Source of the DNA: Laetmonice hystrix
Taxonomy: Eukaryota
Direction of reading: 5' to 3'
Length of the DNA: 64,000 bases
Assembly (NCBI GenBank): GCA_965235115.1
Contig: OZ249441.1
Span: forward strand, 32,302,001-32,366,000
A model generated the notes under the pieces. The model saw only the letters and a list, made by a program, of their open reading frames with translations, searched no databases and was not told the DNA's origin. Positions 13,937 through 26,913 of the stretch are shown here, in pieces (position 1 is the stretch's first letter; every line of letters starts with the position of its first letter). Position numbers and translations under genes: made by a program.

Positions 13937-14929
13937 GTTGTTTCAGCAAGCGACTATTGCTTAAGACTATTCCTGCCATGTTTATTTCAACTATATATTT
14001 CCCAGGAGAGACACAAGCGATGGCAGCAATAAATATATTGAATATATAATACACTGCTGAAAATTGCAACAATCTTGGATAGAACATTCCTCAAGAAAGA
14101 TTCTATTTTCTGGCATTTATGCTAATATAATCCCTGTACCCGCGATCGTCTAAGCCAGAAAAAGGTTCAATATATCACCAAATTCTTCAACAAGACCAAC
14201 TGCGATCGAATGGACCCAAAGTGTCTTTAATGGACTTCTATTCCGGAAAAGGTTCTGTTCCACTTCTCAGCACCTTACAGAGTCCTGCTATGAGCTGGAC
14301 GAGAGCTGCTTACAGAACGTGTACTTAACGTTTTACTGTTGGCTGTGTATTTCCCACCAGGCGGGAGGGCATCATGGAGGGTCAATGTCGGCAGATGTTT
14401 GTCGTGGGCAGTTGTTCCAATCGATAAGATCATGTTCTCGGCACTGTGGGCAAACCCTGCAATACTGCAAGGATGAGGATGGGGTCTCTGGCCGACTCTG
14501 CCCCTGTTAGTAGGGGTCTTACCATCGGTCCAGGCTCACCGAGGGACCGTCAGCCCAGCTTTACCAAGGGACCGTCAGGCCAGCTCATGGGCATTTTCTG
14601 GCAGTCACTCTCCAACCAGATGTCAGTACCCAGAGATCGATCTTAGCTCTCCCTCCAGGCCTACCAAGCTTTGTCTCTCATACTAGATCTCCAGAACGAC
14701 TCACAGAATCCGCCGTTTGGCGCCAACTTGGCCTCCAATAATAGCTTCCCCGTGTTCCTGTTGTCCCATAGTTTCAATACTCTGATATTTATCCTATCTT
14801 CCATAATACAGTCTGTATAATAAGTCAGAATATCTCATCAAGAGAATAACAGAATCTCCTGACGCCGACATCATGACTAAGGTCTCTTTACCATGAAAGA
14901 TGAAGACGGACTGACCTTCCTGCCTGACA

Positions 14930-15372
14930 TTGTTACACAACACTCCATACTGGGCCATATAACAGTGGAAGCTTATGTCGTTCACCGGTGGTAGGGGACA
15001 CCAGGAGCTGTCCTACCAAACATCCCACCGACAAGTTACATCTAATGTCAAGGTTCTCTGTCTCTAGCTGAGGACTTGTTACACAACACTCCATACTGGG
15101 CCATATTACAGTGGAAGCTTATGCCGTACACCGGTGGTAGGGGACACCAGGAGCTGTTCTACCAAACATCCCACCGACAAGTTACATCTAATGTCAAGGT
15201 TCTCTGTCTCTAGCTGAGGACTTGTTACACAACACTCCATACTGGGCCATATAACAGTGGAAGCTTACGCCGTACACCGGTGGTAGGGGACACCAGGAGC
15301 TGTCCTACCAAACATCCCACCGACAAGTTACATCTAATGTCAAGGTTCTCTGTCTGCAGCTGACAAGTTACA
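14930..15372. repeat. Tandem repeat, 146 bp unit, 3 copies
   Basis: tgttacacaacactccatactgggccat recurs at 146 bp spacing from about 14931. Confidence 0.92.
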
Positions 15373-16044
15373 TCTGCTTCCACCGTGATAATGGAGTGAT
15401 TATCGAATCGTGGACAATAGCTGGGTATGGTAATAACAGATACCATTAATGGACTGTGAAGTGATGCATGTTAGTGACACGTAGAAGTACAATCAATTCG
15501 GTGTGTGTTAATGACAGGTACGATCAATTCGTAAAGAAAGAATGATCTACCGAATTTGGGGATGTGCAGACTTGTGGGGTCAGGAGATAATGCAAAATCC
15601 TACTTAGATAAACTGATGTCCTGGGTAAGCTCGCAGTGTGTGGCTACAGGATATCAGGGAACTGGTCTGCCATTTAAGACGGCACGGAAATAACGCTGGC
15701 GCTGCACCCAGAGAGCATTATGAGCTAGACCTCGGGGGTTTGAGGAAACGATCTAGTTCCCTGAAATATTTACTCAAGAGATTGATTGATGGGAAATGAG
15801 TCGGACTGCTAATCTATTTACAGTTTTTTAGACAGTCCTGTGAAGGTAAAGTAATGTGTTGGCTGCCATCCTGCGTACGTGGGGAAAGCTCGGACTTGGT
15901 TGTCTGAGATTGGGTTCTCACTCCAGACTGCATGTCATTCTCAGTGAGTTTAACCCGGCTACATGCGCACTCCGACACAGGTCACGCTCGCTGGGTATTA
16001 CCCAATCGAGGTTCTCACCTAAAAGCTGACGCTATGAACTCTTA

Positions 16045-16312
16045 GGCCTGTTCCACACGATCATGAAAATAGTACTATTTTTCGTTGATCAAAGAACCTA
16101 TGACCGTATGGAACGGGAGTCATAGAAAGTTGTACCAGTAAAGCACGTTCCACATGATCATATTTTCTTTACTAGACTGCAAGGGAGCCATTTTGGGCAT
16201 GGATTTGTCAAATAAATTTTGACCGTGTGGAAGGGTCGACTCGTCAAAGAAATTAGTGCTATTTTCTTGTAAGATTTTCTAGTACATAAAATATGACCGT
16301 GTGGCATAGGCT
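16045..16312. mobile_element. MITE, PIF/Harbinger-like
   Basis: TTA|GGCCTGTTCCACACGATCAT ... ATGACCGTGTGGCATAGGCT form imperfect TIRs. The ccacacg/cgtgtgg motif recurs internally in both orientations. The right-hand TSD is not clean. Confidence 0.6.
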
Positions 16313-16994
16313 TCCGAAACAAACTTGTTGAGTAGTTGATGCGTCAACAGGCCCTGGGGATAACATTCATGCAGAGATTTCGAAATGTCTCACGCCGGTC
16401 AGATATGACTCAGACGTCCATTGGCACGTCACCAAAACTGTACTGTGTAATATATACAAACAACACATTCATCATTCGGGCCTATAAATATATATTATAT
16501 TAGTTATATATAGCCTACTGACAGCCTAACTACGTGAGGATTGTTCACTATGGGAGGTGGATCATTCCAGAGTTAAAAACCACAGAATTGTGTTCCATCT
16601 TTACACCAACGATAGGTCAGCTACGATCTGGGATAATGGGTAGAGCTTCTTTCAGCTGTTCATATACAGGTCTGGTGGAAGAGTAGATGATAACTGGACA
16701 GATGCCACCAGACCACAATACGAGCCAGCCGAGTGGTCTAACGGGGCCGTACTCTGCTGGACACAACCCAACCTATCCTAAACACAAAGTGATCACAACA
16801 ACCGTCCAATCACGACTCATTCTGGTCAGCCTCCTTCTAGGTCAATGCACCTGTTCACCTCACACACACACGGCCACATAAACAGAGTGCCTATTCACAT
16901 AAATAATTGTTCTGAGTGTTTTTAGGTTGGCATCATGAGGCGTTCACACCCATCATCTGCATGTAAACACCCGTTCACCGCCGCCTTCTATGCC

Positions 16995-17360
16995 CTGCCA
17001 ATTCAAAGTGAGGCACATTATGACTCTACCTTGAAAATTCAAAGTGAGGCACATTATGACTCTACCCTGACAATTCATACCTGGGCACATTATGACTCTA
17101 CCTTGACAATTCATACCTGGGCACATTATGACTCTACCCTGACAATTCATACCGGGGCCCCATTATGACTCTACCCTGACAATTCATACCTGGGCCCCAT
17201 TATGACTCACCCTGACAATTCAAACCGAGGCCCATTATGCCTCTACCCTGACAATTCATACCTGGGCACATTATGACTGTACCCTGACAATTCATACCTG
17301 GGCCCCATTATGACTTTACTCTGCCAATTCACACCTGGGCCCCACACTGTCATTTTACAC
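16995..17360. repeat. Minisatellite, 36 bp unit (cacattatgactctaccctgacaattcatacctggg), about 10 copies
   Basis: Direct inspection of the sequence. Confidence 0.92.
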
Positions 17361-18910
17361 CTGGGGCTCCATGTCGTAATTGTCAATCACCCTGAACAGT
17401 CTTCTATAATTAGCTTTGACATCCTTGACATCCTTGACATGCTAATAAAAAAAGCCGAGTTCCTTTATACTGGTGTAAAGTTATGCAAATAAAAAAATGT
17501 TAATAAAAAAAGCCACACGTTCCTCTCTGTCAGTATTATGTATACCAAATCGCCAAGTTTGTTATCAATAAAACATAGATCTACATTGTCATACAAAAAC
17601 AGCTCTAAAAATATGACAGGTGCTGTATAGGCCTACATGTACAACACTCTACGCCCGGCTCCCCACTAACTTAGACTACTTGTTGAATGAAGTAATCTAA
17701 AAGTCGTGGCGACTACCGCTACATGAGGCCACTTTCCCTATACTACTCATTCTTGAGTCGGGGCCAATCGAGCCGGTTACCATGCCAAGCACTGATCACG
17801 GTGTCAGGAGGCCGTCAATAGGTGAGAAAAGCTTGAATTCGTCGCCATGTCCGACTCGTCACACAATATCACACGGTCGACTATACATGGAGAAAGGTCC
17901 ATAGTTAGAGCAGGTAAAATGAACACCGTGTCATTACAAGTCCAATTTTCCTGTCCGAACTATTTTTATTGCAGCCTCACTGATCGGCGGTCGGTCTATA
18001 TTTGAACGGCGCTGGGTTACCATCCACCTCTCGAGGTAGTTCTGACGTCATAGTGTCGTGTGACATGATGCGGCCGTATGGCAGGGGGGTGGAGTATGTT
18101 GTACCGAGGACAGAGACAAGGTTGGACATCGCCATACTCGGCTGTAAAATCATTTATACCAGATCACCACTAACCTCACATTCTTTCAGACTGTATCGTT
18201 TGTCACCGATAAGTAAATAATTTACAAGCTCCAATTTAGAAAATTTCAACAAGGTCCAATTATTTATTACTGCTAACATTATTCAGGCAAAGATTTTCAA
18301 AGCTTGCATGTCATATTTTACAGACACTGTGATAACCTGAATACCATCGACGGCCATAGATCCATTCCCTCTCAGCCTCGCTCCCCTTCCCGCCCTTTAG
18401 GTACAAGGATCGGGGATTTCCTAAGCAAAATCTTGTTTGCAACCCGCTGCGCAAAATTCGAGCAGGCAGCCCGACTTATTATTCGTCAATTGTCAATGAA
18501 AGCCGACGGAAGGCCTGGCTGCGGGCTCTCCATCTATAGCGGCGGGTCTCGCGTTTGTGGCGCCAAATTCCAAGCAATAAATATTAGTATATCGCACAGG
18601 ATTACCGGTAGTCAAAACGGCTTACTTAAAAATTTAGGTTTTCTTAGACCTTAATCTGAAATATGAAATTTCAGGCAGCTAGTGAGCGAGATGGCGAGTT
18701 CCAGCGCTAAGCATGCTGCATACACAGGTTAAATTCACACTGGCACTGCATGTCGACGGCACGTCTGATAATCAAGGATGTAGCAGTTCGACTATCAGAC
18801 ATCTCTTTTTGTTGTGATACCCAACTACCCGTGGTCTAAATGATCCAACCCCTCCGAGTAAACCAGCCAATTTAATACATCCCTCATCATTGTTGTTAAC
18901 TTATATTTCT

Positions 18911-19224
18911 AAGTGTGCAAGATACAGAAAATTCGTTCCTACAAACATTTTATGTACTGAACTAGCGTACATTTATAAGTGTGCAAGATACAGAAAATCC
19001 GCTCTACAAACATTATATGTACTGAACTAACGTACATTTATAAGTGTGCAAGATACAGAAAATCCGCTCTACAAACATTATATGTACTGAACTAACGTAC
19101 ATTTATAAGTGTGCAAGATACAGAAAACTCGCTCTACAAACATTTTATGTACTGAACTAACGTCCATTATAAGTGTGCAAGATACAGAAAATCCGCTCCT
19201 ACAAACATTTTATGTACTGAACTA
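18911..19224. repeat. Minisatellite, 65-66 bp unit, about 5 copies
   Basis: aagtgtgcaagatacagaaaa at 18911, 18977, 19042 and onward. Confidence 0.92.
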
Positions 19225-19476
19225 CATGGGAGGATATAAGTTCCCCTGGTATAGGTTATCGAGTCTGCTATAAGATAGAGGCGGAGTTCGCAGTGACCGT
19301 GCATTACTATAAAGGTGTGTCGTGATGTGATGTCATTAATGATCAAAATTAGGTGGTAGTAGGTGTATATCAGCATGCCATGTTATCAGCCACACCAGAC
19401 AACAGGTAATATTACACAAGGGATGTTGGCTTACATAATTCACTGGTGTGGCGGGGAAGGCTGCCCCATGGCTTAC

Positions 19477-19507
19477 CTCAACTTCTTGTTCAGACAACTG
19501 ATCCGCA
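19477..19507 (-). CDS. IRAG2: IRAG/LRMP-family gene, 31-nt microexon ((S)ADQLSEQEVE)
   Basis: Acceptor ccgttttgtctttgcag|T and donor GAG|GTAAGC. Phase 2-0 exactly bridges 44063 and 12491. LSEQEVE matches the family's LTEKEVE motif. Confidence 0.88.
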
Positions 19508-19955
19508 CTGCAAAGACAAAACGGAGAAACGAATTAAACTTATTGTCATATCTCAGTTTAACAAAATGTCTTAACAGAATTCCTCCGGGAGGTAACTTAG
19601 GAATTGATCACGAGGCTAAGGGTGAGTCGCCCGACCCAAGGACGAGCAGGGGAAGCAGGGCCTCACAGCACAGTGCTGGGTCCGGCTTCGAGACCGAGTC
19701 CTTGGGTCGGGCGACTCAGCCTCCGCACCGTGATCTATTGCGGTCCTACCACTACTTCTACCACGTCGATTTCATTATATACTCTTCATTGAGGGTAAAC
19801 ATTGTTGATTTTATTGAAATGTATTAGTATTCTAACCTGTGTGATCGAGTTTGATCACGTAGGTTTGTTACGTCATAGTGTTATTAATGATTAATAATGA
19901 CACTATGACGTAACAATGACGCTAAATGAAAGCGTGATTAGTTGCCTCATTTACC

Positions 19956-20102
19956 ATTAGTCGAATTTACACCGCACTTCTGGGCCAGTCGGGCCAGGCC
20001 CAGAACGGCCTGGGCCAGGCCCTTGGTCGAATTTACACCAAGATTTGAGCGAACCGAACCGTACCGTACCTGGCCCAGAAGTGCGGTGTAAATTCGACTA
20101 AT
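19956..20102. mobile_element. MITE with perfect 33-bp inverted termini
   Basis: attagtcgaatttacaccgcacttctgggccag (19956-19988) is the exact reverse complement of 20070-20102. The element is flanked by TA. Confidence 0.85.
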
Positions 20103-20951
20103 TGTCCCTATGGACTAATCCCGCCCAGGGAGAAGAAATATTCACCATTGTCCCTATGGACTAATCCCGCCCAGGGAGAAGAAATGACTCAGATGGCAAA
20201 AACCTGTGTATCATATTTTATCAAACCGGGGAAAAACCTTGTAAGTGTAACTACAGACGGAAGAAGGTTTGAATCGACTGTTAATTGAATCCTCAACACA
20301 TCTATAAAACATCAACTACCATTTTCTGGGCAAGAATATCCGGATCAGGCCGTCCTGAAGGCTTGTACAGAGATGGCGAAAAAACATAGTATTCTCTTTC
20401 GGCGAAACGTGATTGTGAGATTTGATTGTGCTATTTGATTGTGACAATCGATTTTTCGATTACGAATTTGACCGAGTGATAGATGGAGTCTAAATGACGC
20501 GAGTCCTACTCGAGAGAAGGAGTGAGGATGAAGACAACTAATGAGACAGTAGCTGATCAAGATATACGACCCAATCAACCTGGCGCAAACACTAATAACA
20601 TGGGCAACAACACTACGCACAATCTCTGTCCCCAAACTTGGCTGGTTTGTGATAGGTGCTGGTCATACTGCCAACTGAAGTAGTACAATAAAGTGCTCCA
20701 CCTGCATCCATATAACCATCATGAGACTAATTACTTTCTCGACCTCAGACGGCAGTGGCAAGCTCTGTCGTCGTTACATGTCTGATCTTTCCGTGAACCT
20801 TGTCAAATTAACCAGGCACAACCGTATTTATATATATCAACCAAAGATATACAGATACATGCGTAAAAGAGCTAAAACTTCAGCCAGTAACAACTTTGAT
20901 GCATATGGTTTGGTATGAGAAACTGGTACCAGCATTGCACGTACAGGAAAC

Positions 20952-21205
20952 TACGGAAGACCTTTAGCGCCACACGGTTGATCTTTTCTGGCTGCCGCCA
21001 TACAAATTATGTGACGGCCGCGAAATAATTCATTTGGCGGCCGCGAGGTAATTTCAATGGCGGCCGCCAGATAATTTATCTTTCGGCTGCCAGATTATTT
21101 TCTTTTTCACATAAATTATATGGCGCCGCCACTTGAATTATCTCGCGGCCGCCAGATAATAAAGAAAAGATATTATCAATCGTGTGGCACTGACGGTCTT
21201 CCGTA
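20952..21205. mobile_element. Non-autonomous DNA transposon, IS3EU-like (TAC...GTA termini, 6-bp TSD)
   Basis: About 31-bp imperfect TIRs (tacggaagacc...ggtcttccgta) are flanked by GGAAAC at 20946-20951 and 21206-21211. The interior is built of ggcggccgccagataat-type motifs in both orientations. Confidence 0.75.
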
Positions 21206-21394
21206 GGAAACGGACAGAATTTGCGCCATTTTAATCGACGACCACAGCATTGCTCATTCCCAGACCTAATTTAGCAATACACCACACAGTACAGAGATAC
21301 TGAGATAACTGCACAATAAGTCTGGCGGCACCATGATTGCGTCCGGTGTCCAATATAAGGTATGCTGCGCGCTCACACGGGATACCAATCGGAT

Positions 21395-22856
21395 GGCGGA
21401 CACTGTCTTCGTCCAGCAATACCTGTCTGCTAACGTCACACGGACACTGTCTCCGTCCAGCAATACCTGTCTGCTAACGTCACACGGACACTGTCTCCGT
21501 CCAGCAATACCTGTCTGCTAACGTCACACGGACACTGTCTTCGTCCAGCAATACCTGTCTGCTAACGTCACACGGACACTGTCTCCGTCCAGCAATACCT
21601 GTCTGCTAACGTCACACGGACACTGTCTCCGTCCAGCAATACCTGTCTGCTAACGTCACACGGACACTGTCTCCGTCCAGCAATACCTGTCTGCGCCCTC
21701 CAACGTCACACGGACACTGTCTCCGTCCAGCAATACCTGTCTGCTAACGTCACACGGACACTGTCTCCGTCCAGCAATACCTGTCTGCGCTCTCCAACGT
21801 CACACGGACACTGTCTTCGTCCAGCAATACCTGTCTGCTAACGTCACACGGACACTGTCTCCGTCCAGCAATACCTGTCTACGCTTTCAACGTCACACGG
21901 ACACTGTCTTCGTCCAGCAATACCTGTCTGCTAACGTCACACGGACACTGTCTCCGTCCAGCAATACCTGTCTGCTAACGTCACACGGACACTGTCTTCG
22001 TCCAGCAATAACTGTCTGCTCTCTCAACGTCACACGGACACTGTCTTCGTCCAGCAATACCTGTCTGCTAACGTCACACGGACACTGTCTCCGTCCAGCA
22101 ATACCTGTCTGCTAACGTCACACGGACACTGTCTCCGTCCAGCAATACCTGTCTGCTAACGTCACACGGACACTGTCTCCGTCCAGCAATACCTGTCTGC
22201 GCTCTCCAACGTCACACGGACACTGTCTCCGTCCAGCAATACCTGTCTGCTAACGTCACACGGACACTGTCTCCGTCCAGCAATACCTGTCTGCTAACGT
22301 CACACGGACACTGTCTCCGTCCAGCAATACCTGTCTGCTAACGTCACACGGACACTGTCTTCGTCCAGCAATACCTGTCTGCTAACGTCACACGGACACT
22401 GTCTCCGTCCAGCAATACCTGTCTGCTAACGTCACACGGACACTGTCTTCGTCCAGCAATAACTGTCTGCTCTCTCAACGTCACACGGACACTGTCTCCG
22501 TCCAGCAATACCTGTCTGCTAACGTCACACGGACACTGTCTCCGTCCAGCAATACCTGTCTGCTAACGTCACACGGACACTGTCTCCGTCCAGCAATACC
22601 TGTCTGCTAACGTCACACGGACACTGTCTTCGTCCAGCAATACCTGTCTGCTAACGTCACACGGACACTGTCTCCGTCCAGCAATAACTGTCTGCTCTCT
22701 CAACGTCACACGGACACTGTCTCCGTCCAGCAATACCTGTCTGCGCTCTCAACGTCACACGGACACTGTCTCCGTCCAGCAATACCTGTCTGCTAACGTC
22801 ACACGGACACTGTCTCCGTCCAGCAATACCTGTCTGCGCTCTCAACGTCACACGGA
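21395..22856. repeat. Minisatellite, 44 bp unit with interspersed ~50 bp variants, about 32 copies
   Basis: Unit aacgtcacacggacactgtctccgtccagcaatacctgtctgct. The variant units carry gcgctctcc or ctctctc inserts. Confidence 0.97.
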
Positions 22857-23663
22857 AATTAAAGCGAAAAAAAAAAACATTCTTCGGCCTTCGATATTGC
22901 ACTCCACCTGTCCTTAATTATTATCGGTGGCCTAGAATATTTGTCTTCATTTACCTTCAATTTCGCCGGTATGTACAAACCTATTCATTTACCACTACCC
23001 GCGCTGTTAAAATTGTTCCTATAGCAGAGGCAACACCTTCGGAACTACGTGCGTAAGGCAGTGATTACCACGGAAGAACAAGATTAAGACAAGGTGGGAA
23101 TGCCTAATGAGCGACGACAGCCCATAAAGCTTAAACCAATCAGTTGGGGTGCTACGGAAAAGACTACTGACACGAAAATGGTTGTCTCAAGAAATCAGCC
23201 TCTTCTGCTGCAGGTACTAACCAGCTCAGACAGGCTGGACGGACAATGAGGCAATCATTAGTGGATTTCTCTGCAAGCAAATGTCACCACACATCTGCAG
23301 TCATCCTGAAGGATTTCCTCATTACATTTGCTGTTTAATTAATCCCCCAGTTTGTGTCTGCTGCAAGTCATGCTGGGAAGAGGAAGAAGTTGAGAGCTGT
23401 ATCTCACAGTGCTGACCAAATATCCTTGAAGACTTAACTATATAAACATTCCCGGCCACACTTCCTGTGGTCATGTGCTGGTACAGTGGCGGGGTGTAAA
23501 TATTGGAATGAAATATTCATCGGTCTCAGATGATAACATGTGCATGCAGTGGACCCAGCCGTGACCCGGGCGGCGGCAGTGACCTGGAGGTCAACAACCT
23601 GTTGCTGGAATGAGAGACCTCCAACACTGAAACTTCAACTAGGTTACGTCTGCTCCTAAACCC

Positions 23664-23850
23664 CAGTGGCGGATCGGGGGTGAGGGGGGTTAAACCCACC
23701 TTGACAACCGATTTTTCTTTTTTTCCCCACAAGACTTTATGAATTGACCATGCTGAACCCCCCCCCCCCCCCAACCCCACCCCCCTAAATCAAATTCTTC
23801 CCTAAACCGCACTAATCCCCCCCCTTACCAAAATCTTGGATCCGCCCCAT
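23664..23850. mobile_element. Short hAT-like MITE (CAGTGGCGGATC...GATCCGCCCC)
   Basis: Inverted termini of about 12 bp and poly-C tracts inside. The TSD is only partially matched. Confidence 0.5.
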
Positions 23851-24865
23851 AACCCCACTTATGATTGCTGGGCAGCGGCTCTTCTGAGGAACACACAATT
23901 GCTTCGGGCATCAACTTTCTGTGTAGTGAGGGTAGCACGACCATGAAGTGTTATTACCCAGGATCTCCAGGAGTTGGTATCTTAACCCCTCGTTTGATTG
24001 ATCACGGTGGGAAAATAAACAGAACCCGGCCCAGGAACCAACACTGGCACAACTTGACAATCCTTAACTGAATTTAAAGCTGTACAAAAGCTTTCAAGCA
24101 AACTAAGTTATTGCTCTGATTTCGTTACGTGAGCACCCTTTAAGTAATTTCTAAGTGCCACTGTGAATGCTTTGCCCTGATTCAGAGTAATTTTGTTGCA
24201 AAAGCAAACTTGATGCAAATCATGCAATGCATGCATTTCGTACCCAAAAGAGAATTTTACGAAAGTGACCAAACAGCAACCCAACTAATTGCTGACAATA
24301 GTTTTTGCTATCGGTACGAGTAGTTTGGTGCAACAGCTTTGACATCAAGAGAATTATGGCAAGCCAAAAGCTGATTAACAGTTTCCACCAGGGACATTCA
24401 AATCACGACTAACAGCCGGCCCATAATTGCTGCAACCTAACCCTCTCTCCTGTGTGCCGCGAGCTCACTGGCTTACCACGACATATACTGATGGTTTTCC
24501 GTTTTAATGTCTGTTGACGAGGAATGGACCTGTAGAGGCAGTATGACTGTCTTGGTGACATTTAGCTTGGACAGGAAGTCTCTATATTTATCCTAAGGCA
24601 GCCGTAGGTTCCTATAAACTGTTACAATTATGTGGTTGACCTTCCCATCAACCTGGAGAACTGAGCACTAATGAGCAATCCCTCGTACACACCTGCTCGG
24701 TCAGTCAGGAGCTATACTTGAGGCCGTAATCCCCACTGACCGCCCTGACCTTGTGGAGCCTTGGCCCTGCATCCAACAACTCCAAGGGAAACTAATAGTA
24801 GAACACATGGGTGTGCCCTGCATGGGAAATGGTACGGCGGTTGGTAGGCATCATTATAATGGGCA

Positions 24866-25531
24866 ACAGTTAGTTCGGCCCTGTTGATCGCCAGGGCAAG
24901 AGTCAGTTCGGCCCTGTTGATCGCCAGGGCAAGAGTCAGTTCGGCCCTGTTGATGGCCAGTCCAACAGTGAGTTCGGCCCTGTTGGTCGCCAGTCCAACA
25001 GTCAGTTCGTCCCTGTTGATCGCCAGGGCAACAGTCAGTTTGGCCCTGATCGCCAGGGCGCCCTGATCGCCAGTCCAACAGTCAGTTCGGCCCTGTTGGT
25101 CGCCAGGGCAAGTCAGTTCGGCCCTGTTGGTCGCCAGTCCAACAGTCAGTTCGGCCCTGTTGATGGCCAGGCCAAGTCAGTTCGGCCCTGTTGATGGCCA
25201 GGCCAAGTCAGTTCGGCCCTGTTGATCGCCAGTCCAACAGTCAGTTCGGCCCTGTTGATCGCCAGTCCAACAGTCAGTTCGGCCCTGTTGGTCGCCAGTC
25301 CAACAGTCAGTTCGGCCCTGTTGATGGCCAGGCCAAGTCAGTTCGGCCCTGTTGATGGCCAGGGCAAGTCAGTTCGGCCCTGTTGATCGCCATGGCAAGA
25401 GTCAGTTCGGCCCTGTTGATCGCCAGTCCAACAGTCAGTTCGGCCCTGTTGATCGCCATGGCAAGAGTCAGTTCGGCCCTGTTGATTGCCAGGGCAAGAG
25501 TCAGTTCGGCCCTGTTGGTCGCCAGGGCACA
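24866..25531. repeat. Minisatellite, 31-33 bp unit (cagtcagttcggccctgttgatcgcc...), about 20 copies
   Basis: Alternating unit variants (agtccaa / agggcaa / aggccaa). Confidence 0.95.
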
Positions 25532-26796
25532 GTCAAAGATTACATCAAAAATCCACCAGGGCACCTGGAATGAATTCTGAGTCCCATTAACCGGGAAACG
25601 TGTTGAGGTTAACTATGGGGACGACCTTAGCTGGCCGCCATCAAAGACACTGCACATCAAAGGACCGTACGCAGGGTCGTGAACCTGGAGGCTGGCTGGG
25701 TTTGGAGACAGGGACCAGGGTGACCCTTGGTATACCAGGTCCATCGTCACCGGGGGGCCGATAACAGGGACGGGATGGGGACGGTCGTCCTCCATCAGAG
25801 GACGTGCGGATCCATCAGACCTCGGGTTCCCTGCGACATGCCGTCATCCTGTCACCACTCCCGCCACTGCAGGCCGCATTAGAAAAGGTCACCAATATCA
25901 GCGCCTGCCCCGTTTGCCCGGCCTTTGTTTAGTGCAATGGTGGCGTCAAGGCTCAAAGTATTATGGCCAAACAGCTAACCCAACATAACAAAAGAACCTG
26001 CAGGAGAGACCTGCTGACCGAGGGCTCGGATGTACCACAGACCGGACTGAAGCTTTCGGCCGCCAGATCAAATCACCCTGCGTGACCAACATCCCAATCT
26101 GAATATCGAAGCGCTTCAGTCAAACAAAATATCCCAGGCTATTTAAGATGACATTGGACCATCCAATGTCTTGCACACCCCTTTCGCATTTTGCTAACAA
26201 TGTCTGTGCGAAACCAAAAATTAAACCTTAACACTCATTTTGTATCCGTAACATTAGTTTTAGAGAAAATAATCGAAAATCATGAAAATCACGCAGGTAA
26301 TGTTCCAAGCAAGGTCAGCGCCCGCTCGAGGAAAGTGTCCACCTTGAAGCAATGCCGATATTGCCGGTCGACTGATATGCAAATTAGGGAGTCGGCGTCA
26401 CGTCCAGGCCATTGTCAGACGTTCTATTGTTCTTGCTTTTATTTTGCTCCCCACGGGACTAAGACATGCAAGGGGGCAGTGGCTGAAACACTGTACAGGT
26501 CCCAGTATGTGTAAGCTCCGACATGTCAGCCATCTTCAGAAAACAGAATGTGAGATTTTAGCGATTTCTTCATACCGGCGACACGGCTAATATATAGTTA
26601 ATTCATGTCACATTCCGTTGTGCCACCCGCGGCAGCGTCTCCCTCATATCAAGCTGAGCCTCTGCCCAGTATGGCAGCGACATTATTATGGGGCATAGAT
26701 ACAGTTGGATTAACCACGTTTACCCTTAAACTGTACCCTCAATATGAAATACTGTCTAAAATGATATAGCAATGAGCCGTTTAATCCCACTCTCGT

Positions 26797-26913
26797 CGAG
26801 TTTGACATTCCCCATATATACCATTGAAAGCCATCACAGGCCGTGGACTGGCTCGAGTTTGACATTCCCCATATATACCATGGCAAGCCATCACAGGCCG
26901 TGGACTGGCTCGA
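26797..26913. repeat. Tandem duplication, 57 bp x2
   Basis: cgagtttgacattccccatatatacc at 26797 and 26854. Confidence 0.85.

Noticed and set aside
15920-15960. Candidate 37-nt bridging exon encoding RVKLTENDMQSG
   Set aside because: It is phase-compatible but has no polypyrimidine tract and a poorer motif match than LSEQEVE.
24854-25580. Several overlapping ORFs (ARARVSSALL / QQGRTD / SQFGPVDR repeats)
   Set aside because: All are translations of the 31-33 bp minisatellite in different frames.
25626-25795. Possible additional first exon (MEDDRPHP...GGQL, phase 2) in a GC-rich patch
   Set aside because: The donor AG|GTCGTC is poor and the Kozak context is weak, so support is insufficient.
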